Part shown: piece by piece, positions 57,278 to 64,000 of the stretch | Numbering within the stretch: position 1 is the stretch's first letter | Layout: each line of letters begins with the position of its first letter | Source: a virus | Length of the DNA stretch: 64,000 bases | Virus record (IMG/VR): IMGVR_UViG_3300009079_000021 | Span: 4,907 to 68,906 of that record | Strand: one strand, 5' to 3' | Notes under the pieces: model-generated | What the model was told of the DNA's origin: nothing | Databases searched by the model: none | Seen by the model: only the letters and a program-made list of their open reading frames with translations | Position numbers and translations under genes: made by a program

Positions 57278-57364
57278 CGGAGAGTGAGAGAATCGAACTC
57301 TCAAGGGCTTTAACACCTCGACGCTTTTCAAGAGCGGTTCCGTCACCTATCGGATTGACTCTCC
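57278..57364 (-). tRNA. tRNA-Ser (anticodon TGA), CCA not encoded
   Basis: GGAGAGT acceptor stem, CT-TGA-AA loop, long variable arm, GTTCGATT T-loop. Confidence 0.92.
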
Positions 57365-57543
57365 AAGAAAACTTTTTCGTTTTCATATGGTTTTGTTTGA
57401 CCAGACCAGAGTTTGTATCCTTCTACAACCTCTGGTAATAACCATCTATGAACGGGAGCACATTGCTCCCAGTTGACTGGTTGAATGCAATTCATTACGA
57501 CTACATTCCAGAACGCTACAAGGTGGATTAATACGCTTTGCAT
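57343..57543 (-). CDS. hypothetical protein; 3' end overlaps tRNA-Ser
   Basis: ORF track, 66 aa, downstream of a promoter. Confidence 0.6.
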   Translation of the reverse strand: MQSVLIHLVAFWNVVVMNCIQPVNWEQCAPVHRWLLPEVVEGYKLWSGQTKPYENEKVFLESQSDR

Positions 57544-57556
57544 TGCTCATGTGGGT

Positions 57557-57585
57557 ATGATACTACATTCAAATCCATTTGTCAA
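57557..57585 (-). promoter_or_regulatory. sigma70-like promoter TTGACA-N17-TATCAT
   Basis: Near-consensus match. Confidence 0.65.
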
Positions 57586-58253
57586 CCCCCCTTAAGGTAT
57601 CCATTTCTTTGTAACCACTCGCGTGTCTTTGGTGTGGGTGTATAGATCTCCCACATGGCACCACCTTCACATGCTTCGAGTGCTTCCATGGTCATGTTCT
57701 CAGTTTTACCTGCCCAGGTTGCTTCTTTCTCCCATGGCCACGCTGACTCAGGATAGGTACGTTCTACCATTTCACGCCACAGCATTGGAACATTGCCTTC
57801 AGGCATGATAAGAGCAATCATAGTATTATCAATGGTTCCTGCCATACAATCTTGTGCAGCGTGCCATCCTTCATGACGCATGACTGACATAAGAGTAGCA
57901 GGATCAAACATATATGAGTCATTCAAATAGAAAGTATTAGTTACCGTATGATAGACACCACGGTGACCTGGTGGGAAATACTTTTCATCAGCAAGATATA
58001 CTTGCACGTCAATCATAGTAAGTGCATTCAACATACGTTGAAACTCTTCTGCAACTGGTGCATAATTTGATAGTGGATACTCTTGTGCAAGATAATCAAT
58101 ACCCCAAATAGGATCTACATTGTCAATACATTCTCCAAGGAGAAGACATCCAAGAGAATCCATACTCTTGTATCCTTGCGTAATCTTATCGTCGTTAGCG
58201 AAGACGGGAGATGCCGCCATCATTAACGCAATTAAAACTGACAGTTTCTTCAT
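57582..58253 (-). CDS. secreted HEXXH metallopeptidase-like protein
   Basis: MKKL signal peptide; VMRHEGWHAAQDC...EKEA. Confidence 0.7.
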   Translation of the reverse strand: MKKLSVLIALMMAASPVFANDDKITQGYKSMDSLGCLLLGECIDNVDPIWGIDYLAQEYPLSNYAPVAEEFQRMLNALTMIDVQVYLADEKYFPPGHRGVYHTVTNTFYLNDSYMFDPATLMSVMRHEGWHAAQDCMAGTIDNTMIALIMPEGNVPMLWREMVERTYPESAWPWEKEATWAGKTENMTMEALEACEGGAMWEIYTPTPKTREWLQRNGYLKGG

Positions 58254-58578
58254 GCTGTAATACTCCATCAATAAATGTAATAAGTTTCCTCGGTAGAGGA
58301 GAATAGTGTGTATCCCATTTAGTAGGATATACTTCTATGGTTTTTGTAAGTAAGATCGGACTTACTTTTCCATGATTACCGTTGGGAGTAACGTTCCAAC
58401 CCACTGCTGCATTTATATCAAAGTCAGCAGTTCCTGAATAATCAATTTGAAATAGATGACCCTTAGGATCAATCCAATAGAGAGACATTATACACTCAAG
58501 ATCTTTAGTTTGCAAGTTCTTATTCCAAAAACCTGGTCCTAAATCACATGAAGTATTAATGGTGTCAAACATTCCCAT
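58195..58578 (-). CDS. hypothetical protein (MGMFDTI...QTKDL family)
   Basis: ORF track. Confidence 0.65.
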   Translation of the reverse strand: MGMFDTINTSCDLGPGFWNKNLQTKDLECIMSLYWIDPKGHLFQIDYSGTADFDINAAVGWNVTPNGNHGKVSPILLTKTIEVYPTKWDTHYSPLPRKLITFIDGVLQHEETVSFNCVNDGGISRLR

Positions 58579-58579
58579 A

Positions 58580-58750
58580 CTATAAATCCAAAATCTCTAC
58601 CCTATCTAGTTGGTTAGTTTGTGCCCATTCAAACCAAGTTTTTCTCATGGTCGCATAGTCATCAAACTTCATTGCTTTTTTGTTCTTAAAGATGATCTTG
58701 TATGAATGACGATCATAGAGAGCGTCAGATGTACACGTAAAATAAGACAT
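58580..58750 (-). CDS. 56-aa hypothetical protein (MSYFTCTSDALYDRHSYKI...)
   Basis: Read manually. Confidence 0.65.
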   Translation of the reverse strand: MSYFTCTSDALYDRHSYKIIFKNKKAMKFDDYATMRKTWFEWAQTNQLDRVEILDL

Positions 58751-58759
58751 AATTTAGAG

Positions 58760-58810
58760 AAAAAAAGAGAGGGGATGAACCCTCTCCGGTCACTTCCTTC
58801 ACACGGAAGT
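58760..58810 (-). ncRNA. candidate ~50-nt small RNA (hairpin plus terminator)
   Basis: Lies between a consensus promoter (58814-58842) and the terminator GAGAGGG..CCCCTCTC-T7; no ORF. Confidence 0.55.
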
Positions 58811-58813
58811 TAT

Positions 58814-58842
58814 AGTATACACTAAGTAAAAGGTTTTGTCAA
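58814..58842 (-). promoter_or_regulatory. sigma70-like promoter TTGACA-N17-TATACT
   Basis: Near-consensus match. Confidence 0.75.
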
Positions 58843-58846
58843 CCCA

Positions 58847-59011
58847 TCACTTGGTGTATGTGCGACCACGATAGCAGAAAGATCCGTGAGTTTCCTCACC
58901 CGTCTGCTTGCACTTATACTCAACACCACGATATGAGGTGTGAAGAACTTGTGCGTCGTGAAGGGCAGATGCCTTCTGAATCTGGCGCTTGATGATAGTA
59001 AGCGTATTCAT
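58847..59011 (-). CDS. DUF4278-like small protein
   Basis: Two YRG motifs (SYRGVEY, CYRGRTY); AGGAG SD; downstream of glnA-like RNA. Confidence 0.75.
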   Translation of the reverse strand: MNTLTIIKRQIQKASALHDAQVLHTSYRGVEYKCKQTGEETHGSFCYRGRTYTK

Positions 59012-59047
59012 TGTGTTACTCCTAAAGTAATGAGGGTGGTTTAATCC

Positions 59048-59306
59048 CCGTTCCTTCAGTCGTGTGCGTCCCAGAAGCACTCAGGGACAGATTCCTTTAC
59101 GGTCTCTATCAACTCTACCTTAAAAGCATTTGAGATATTCTCGTTTGCTTTCATCTTCAGCATGATTGAATCAGCTTGTTGGCAGGTGAGTGTTGAATAA
59201 AATAATAACTCTAGCATGGGATGAACGGCTCCGTTCCGCGACTTACTTGCGTCCTGTGGCGTCTTTCTATGCTATGTGCATAGCGAATACCACCCGGATG
59301 AACGAT
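59048..59306 (-). ncRNA. tandem glutamine-riboswitch-like (glnA motif) aptamers
   Basis: Two CGTTCATC...GGACGCA...G(A)AGGAACGG/GGAACGG units upstream of a DUF4278-like gene. Confidence 0.7.
59056..59217 (-). CDS. 53-aa ORF nested in the second aptamer (MLELLFYSTLTCQQADSIML...ECFWDAHD)
   Basis: Read manually; protein-like helical sequence with two Cys. Confidence 0.65.
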   Translation of the reverse strand: MLELLFYSTLTCQQADSIMLKMKANENISNAFKVELIETVKESVPECFWDAHD

Positions 59307-59312
59307 GGGTCT

Positions 59313-59341
59313 ACAATAGACCCTCTTTTCTATTTAGTCAA
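59313..59341 (-). promoter_or_regulatory. TTGACT-N17-TATTGT promoter with embedded late CTAAATA
   Basis: Immediately upstream of the riboswitch-like RNA. Confidence 0.55.
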
Positions 59342-59367
59342 GTCCCCTTGTGACAATTTACAAACTA

Positions 59368-61113
59368 TCACTCAGTTAGTGATTCAAGGACTGCATTTGT
59401 AACTCTTCTGTTCCAATAAGTAGTTCTCCTAACTACAAATGAACCTCTTGTTTGAGATTCAGATCCAGTGTCTGCAGCAGATACTGACATTCCAATATGA
59501 CTCCCAGTAAGACTATATGGACCTGATCTGGTTGCATCAGTGGCAATCATACTTCCATTAACTGCATAAGATGTTTCTCCATCAACATCACTCTGAGAAA
59601 TTGCACCTCTAAACTCAGAAATCTGACCATTAGATACTGAAAAAGATCCCCCATCTGGAGAATGATTGGTGCTTCCCTTATTTACAATATTAGATGTTGT
59701 ACTACTATAAAAACCCCATCCATTAGTATTAGATCCAAAATATGCTCCAGTTGCACCGGTCGGGATAAATCCGTTAAATTCACTATAGATGGTACTTTCA
59801 CTTGAGTTATACCAACTAGTAAAATTAGTACCATCAATTTCAGTAAGATCAGGAGACCTAGTTACTTGTGATCCACTTGTAGGTATATAAGATGTTGGGA
59901 ACTCAAATGAATTTGTTTCAAGTACTGGTTCAACTTGCAGTCCCCAGAGAGTTTGATTTGAAAGAGTTCCAGACGTATATATTACAATCTGTGGAGTTAT
60001 GTTTGGATTATCTTGGGTTGCTTCATATGCTCTCCAATGCCTATACCAACCATTTTGATACTGTATATGTTGAGTAGATCCCAATGCAGTATACTTTCCA
60101 CTGGCAAGTCCTCCTTGAGATATATCAGTTTCTGATTTATTACTAAAAACACTGATCACATAACTATCTCCAGTAGATAATGTAGTGTTAACATTTACGT
60201 AAACAAAATCATTTACTGTTCCCCCAGTATTGTCATAGTTTTTTGCATCAGTACTTCCATCAGGAGCAGTAATTCCAGTAGTTTCCGTCGTTCTATTAAA
60301 ATCACCCCAACCAGAAGGAATACTAGTAGATACAAGATTAGTTCTACCCTCTTCAATTAATAATCCTCGACATTCACCAGTCAAAGGATCATGATCAAAT
60401 CGTGGTGCTCCACTTTTTGTTCCACTTGTTGGGAGGTAATCATTGGCGGTTATGTCTTTTTCAATTTGTGCTCCCCAGGCATAAGCAGTAGTAACAGTGT
60501 TCCATCCTATACCCACTCTTTGATCTGTGGATCCCACTCCATATGTTTTAGTGACTTCAAATCTTTCCCAATTAGTAGTGACAGAGAAAGTTCCAGATTG
60601 TACTCCAGAAACATCGTCGTAAAAAATATAACCAAAATTACGAGGAGAATCTGCTTTTAACCATATAGAGAAGGTGTATGCTGTACCGCCTTCTGCTGCG
60701 AAGTTACCGTGGTAGGTAAGCACACTAGCGTAGGCAGCATTTATTGTGACAGTATCTGCTGTTACTGTTTCGTTAGGTGCTTTTACCGAATTAGATAATA
60801 CGGTATTTCCAAAATCATTCCACTGATCAAACTGCTCACTATACGGCAACAAATTAACCGGACTGGTCTTAATCAACCCATCACTACCAACATACGTTGC
60901 AGTAGTGCTTCTAGCAAAATCAATCAAACTATTTCCACTTACTTCATCAACTAAACTTTTATTATCAGCAAAATTAAAATCTACTGTTGGTCTTCCCAAA
61001 TCGGTAGCACCTTTTGATTTTGCCCAAATTCTATACTTTAAAAGTGCTGGTGCAATTTTACTTGCATCATCCTGTGTAAGATATTCTGTAGTGACTCCTG
61101 CATAAACTCCCAT
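59368..61113 (-). CDS. tail-fibre/lectin-like protein with repeated carbohydrate-binding beta-sandwich modules
   Basis: NLLPYSEQF..W, WGAQIE...YLPT, PRFDHDPLTGECRGLLIEE, YIPTSGSQVTR motifs. Confidence 0.75.
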   Translation of the reverse strand: MGVYAGVTTEYLTQDDASKIAPALLKYRIWAKSKGATDLGRPTVDFNFADNKSLVDEVSGNSLIDFARSTTATYVGSDGLIKTSPVNLLPYSEQFDQWNDFGNTVLSNSVKAPNETVTADTVTINAAYASVLTYHGNFAAEGGTAYTFSIWLKADSPRNFGYIFYDDVSGVQSGTFSVTTNWERFEVTKTYGVGSTDQRVGIGWNTVTTAYAWGAQIEKDITANDYLPTSGTKSGAPRFDHDPLTGECRGLLIEEGRTNLVSTSIPSGWGDFNRTTETTGITAPDGSTDAKNYDNTGGTVNDFVYVNVNTTLSTGDSYVISVFSNKSETDISQGGLASGKYTALGSTQHIQYQNGWYRHWRAYEATQDNPNITPQIVIYTSGTLSNQTLWGLQVEPVLETNSFEFPTSYIPTSGSQVTRSPDLTEIDGTNFTSWYNSSESTIYSEFNGFIPTGATGAYFGSNTNGWGFYSSTTSNIVNKGSTNHSPDGGSFSVSNGQISEFRGAISQSDVDGETSYAVNGSMIATDATRSGPYSLTGSHIGMSVSAADTGSESQTRGSFVVRRTTYWNRRVTNAVLESLTE

Positions 61114-61805
61114 TACTGATACCTACCTTTAAGTGCATTATAGTTTTGTTGGATTTCTGATGCTGTGAGTGCTTTGTTGTATATGGATACTTGTGGTATA
61201 AACCCATCGTGAATTTCAACAGCATTTGTCCAATGTCTCCCAACATAATATGAGGAGGAAGATGACATATTCCAATATAAACTACCACTATTAGTTAATA
61301 ATGATCCATTTTTATAAGCATATACATTTACAGCACTTCCACTAGAAACTCCACTAAATGTTATTACACTGTAAATCCACTTATTAAGATGGTCCGATCC
61401 TAAATCAATGGATATTGACGTTGCATTAACACCTGCTTGGTTAGTTCCTAAAAAATTGGTAGAATTAATAAAAGTAAGTATAGAGCAAGAAGTTGTATTT
61501 ACATTATTTGAAAATAATCCAGACCATTGAGTTACAGTTTCTCTATAAAACCAACAACAAATACTATGTGGTCCAGTAAAAGTAGATGATGAAATAGTTC
61601 CTTGAACGTAATCATTAGTCCCATCAAAAACTATAGACCCACCATTCGCACTACTATAAGTCGGTCCATTTGTGAGAGTTCCATCATTACTCCCAATCAA
61701 ATCAGTCCAAGTTGTTCCACTACCAGGATAACTTTTAGTGCTTCCTGCATCAAGGCATAACACTAACCCATCAGTTATTATGCGTGGTGAATGTGCTAAT
61801 GCCAT
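61113..61805 (-). CDS. LamG/concanavalin A-like lectin protein
   Basis: GLVLCLDAG..KSYPGSG..W.DL...FDGTNDYV...YNKALTASEI.QNYNA. Confidence 0.8.
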   Translation of the reverse strand: MALAHSPRIITDGLVLCLDAGSTKSYPGSGTTWTDLIGSNDGTLTNGPTYSSANGGSIVFDGTNDYVQGTISSSTFTGPHSICCWFYRETVTQWSGLFSNNVNTTSCSILTFINSTNFLGTNQAGVNATSISIDLGSDHLNKWIYSVITFSGVSSGSAVNVYAYKNGSLLTNSGSLYWNMSSSSSYYVGRHWTNAVEIHDGFIPQVSIYNKALTASEIQQNYNALKGRYQ

Positions 61806-62476
61806 TATGCATACCTCCCCTTAAGTGCATTATAGTTTTGTAATACTTCTGCTGCTGTGAGTGCTTTGTTATATACTCTAACAGAATAAACATCAACTTG
61901 AGATGTGTTCCACCCTCCTTGTAGATTTCTACCAATTTGCATTCCATTTGCATTTTGTGCCACATCAAAAGAAGCAGTATATGTTGTTATCAATGAACCA
62001 TTCCTATAAACACTGATATTTCTTCCATTAAACACAAAAGTTCCATTAGATATTACGGAACTATCATATGACCAATTATTTTCATATGAAGAAGAAGAAG
62101 CATTATAAGTCATCCTCATAGAACTTTGACCCATAAATCCAACGGAAAATCCTGTAGATCTATATGCAGAAGAACCTATCAAACCTCTAAAAGTGCTTGA
62201 AGAATTATACTTAAATACCAAATCAAAAGTTGTCGGTGTCGTTGATGGTGATGGAAGAACTAGTCCCGTTGAAACATAATCATTAGTTCCATCAAATACT
62301 AAACTTCCGCCATTGGTACTATTATAAGTAGGACCATTAGTTAAAGTTCCAGTATTACCCTGACCACTCAAGTCAGACCAAGAGGTTCCACTTCCAGGAT
62401 AACTTTTAGTGTTTCCTGCATCAAGGCATAACACTAACCCATCAGTTATTATTTTGGGATTATAACCAACTGCCAT
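61805..62476 (-). CDS. LamG/concanavalin A-like lectin protein (paralog)
   Basis: Same terminal motifs as its neighbour, divergent core. Confidence 0.8.
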   Translation of the reverse strand: MAVGYNPKIITDGLVLCLDAGNTKSYPGSGTSWSDLSGQGNTGTLTNGPTYNSTNGGSLVFDGTNDYVSTGLVLPSPSTTPTTFDLVFKYNSSSTFRGLIGSSAYRSTGFSVGFMGQSSMRMTYNASSSSYENNWSYDSSVISNGTFVFNGRNISVYRNGSLITTYTASFDVAQNANGMQIGRNLQGGWNTSQVDVYSVRVYNKALTAAEVLQNYNALKGRYA

Positions 62477-62718
62477 TAGTATTCCTCAGAAGAAACCCAA
62501 TCATCAGTGACAAGGATTGTAAGAATTTCTTCATAAGTATATGGTCCTTCTGTCCCTTCAATACTATCTACAAATGATGGTTCACTACTATCCCACTTTA
62601 TGAAAGTCTTTGTTTCATCCACAGACTTTCTAACTGTATCAGCAGATGTCTCACAAACCTGAGAGAAATCTACTTTCGATAATTCCGAAGTAGGTATGAT
62701 TAAATAAGTTCTTTCCAT
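62476..62718 (-). CDS. small acidic protein associated with the lectin cassettes
   Basis: ORF track, 80 aa; TAATG coupling. Confidence 0.7.
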   Translation of the reverse strand: MERTYLIIPTSELSKVDFSQVCETSADTVRKSVDETKTFIKWDSSEPSFVDSIEGTEGPYTYEEILTILVTDDWVSSEEY

Positions 62719-62855
62719 TATTCTAACTCTTCAAATGCTTCCTTTAGTATGTAGTAAACTACAAATAATGCCATAGAAACTACAAGCAATATACATATAT
62801 TTACGGACCACACAGGGTCAGTAACATTATCAAGTGGACGTAATAATAAATTCAT
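62718..62855 (-). CDS. 45-aa membrane protein (MNLLLRPLDNVTDPVWSV...)
   Basis: Read manually; TAATG coupling at both ends. Confidence 0.6.
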   Translation of the reverse strand: MNLLLRPLDNVTDPVWSVNICILLVVSMALFVVYYILKEAFEELE

Positions 62856-63028
62856 TACTCTGGTTTAGATTTTGAACTTGGTACTAATTGATATGCCATC
62901 TTATCTCGCAACTTATTCACACGTTCTTCATTGTACTGCTTAAAGTTTCCTCTCTTCTCGACTTTCTTATAGTAATGCAATGCATTGAGGATGATCGTAT
63001 AGTCATCCATGTCTAATTCAAATTTCAT
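62855..63028 (-). CDS. 57-aa hypothetical protein (MKFELDMDDYTIILNALHYYKK...)
   Basis: Read manually; coupled. Confidence 0.65.
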   Translation of the reverse strand: MKFELDMDDYTIILNALHYYKKVEKRGNFKQYNEERVNKLRDKMAYQLVPSSKSKPE

Positions 63029-63219
63029 AATTGATTAAATCGATAGTCCAGCATGATTCTATATAAAGAATCTCTCATATACCATAAATGTTCTTGTTCT
63101 TCATATGGTCGAGCAGGAGCACCTGGCCAATATTTAATAGTTTCTTGTACAGAATGATGTAATAAACGTATATCTTCTATAGTTAGATTTACAGTGTAGT
63201 CAGGTTCGTTATCGTTCAT
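63025..63219 (-). CDS. hypothetical protein
   Basis: ORF track, 64 aa. Confidence 0.7.
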   Translation of the reverse strand: MNDNEPDYTVNLTIEDIRLLHHSVQETIKYWPGAPARPYEEQEHLWYMRDSLYRIMLDYRFNQL

Positions 63220-63362
63220 GGATTTCTTGGATCAATTCCTAAACCTTTTAAGTATTCAATCCACCAATCTGCATCTTTTATATATTTCCAATTTGGAACA
63301 GGAAGATTATGAAGTGAATAATACTCGTTAATCGCTTCATCTATAATCTGTGCGGTCTCCAT
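63216..63362 (-). CDS. hypothetical protein (start METAQI)
   Basis: ORF track; GAGGAAG-like SD upstream of ATG 63362. Confidence 0.6.
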   Translation of the reverse strand: METAQIIDEAINEYYSLHNLPVPNWKYIKDADWWIEYLKGLGIDPRNP

Positions 63363-63546
63363 ATTCTTCTTCCTCTTCATCAACATCTGCATATGCATTG
63401 TCCACATATGGTCCTCGTTTTCTTGAAGATTCTTGTCCAACATAATTGTTTTCAGAATTAACAGCAGACACCCACGCAGAAAGTTTTAATACTATAACAA
63501 CAATAACCAGTGGTGTAAAACAACCTATTAAAATTACTGGATTCAT
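63337..63546 (-). CDS. small membrane-anchored protein
   Basis: ORF track; N-terminal TM segment, acidic tail; TATAAATA at 63586-63593. Confidence 0.65.
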   Translation of the reverse strand: MNPVILIGCFTPLVIVVIVLKLSAWVSAVNSENNYVGQESSRKRGPYVDNAYADVDEEEEEYGDRTDYR

Positions 63547-63764
63547 TTATTCTTTCCCACAAAAGATTCCCAGTGTTCCTAATTGTATTTATATATTACT
63601 AACATATCTAAGATATAATTGATAGCAAAAAAAGAAATACTCCAATAAGACAATAGAAAAAAATTGCCATTAATTCAGATTGAATATGCATACGAAACTC
63701 CCCAATAAATAAGTAACCCAATAAAAAATAATAAACTTATTGATGAAAAAATAAGATGGTTCAT

Positions 63765-63980
63765 TCAAATAATCTCTCGTGTTTTCCATAGTTCTAAAAA
63801 GTAACGATCAACATCATACAAATCACCTGTAGGTGGTTGGTCATCAATTTCAGACCATTCTTTACAGAGCGATCTCATCTCATATGTAATTTTATTTGGA
63901 GAAAACATTCTACCAAATGAAGACATGGCAAACGCATGTCTCATCTTAATGCGCTGTTCCATTTCCGTCATATTTGTCAC
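63765..63980 (-). CDS. hypothetical protein
   Basis: ORF track, 71 aa. Confidence 0.65.
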   Translation of the reverse strand: MTNMTEMEQRIKMRHAFAMSSFGRMFSPNKITYEMRSLCKEWSEIDDQPPTGDLYDVDRYFLELWKTREII

Positions 63981-64000
63981 TTTCGTAATAGATATTTTCA

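Noticed and set aside
57171-57438. ORFs 57171..57386 (-) and 57253..57438 (+)
   Set aside because: They overlap tRNA-Ser and have no protein-like features

Overview
This window is a 64-kb segment of an AT-rich T4-like marine cyanophage (cyanomyovirus) genome, with most genes on the minus strand. From left to right it contains: (i) small early-type ORFs, including an endonuclease VII-like nuclease and a gene flanked by 42-bp direct repeats; (ii) a ~29-kb block of seven giant virion/fibre proteins (PA14-like, dockerin/EF-hand-like, LRR and beta-helix modules, in paralogous groups); (iii) tRNA-Leu(TAA); (iv) a baseplate/tail module (split gp5, cp12, gp27-like hub, two tape-measure-like proteins with muralytic domains, gp51, gp26, gp54-like, gp4, gp2, gp48, gp53); (v) a replication/metabolism module (gp32, gp59, gp33, exonuclease, phoH, thyX, glutaredoxin); (vi) an accessory region with a porin-like gene, tRNA-Ser(TGA), a candidate sRNA, tandem glutamine-riboswitch-like RNAs upstream of a DUF4278-type gene, and LamG-like lectin cassettes. 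The most notable observations are an apparent programmed -1 frameshift fusing gp26 to gp51 just upstream of the tape-measure-like genes (analogous to lambda G/GT), a 53-codon ORF nested inside a riboswitch aptamer, and a promoter-terminator-bounded ~50-nt RNA nearly complementary to the cyanobacterial Yfr1 motif. All calls come from reading the sequence and recalling motifs; no searches were run.
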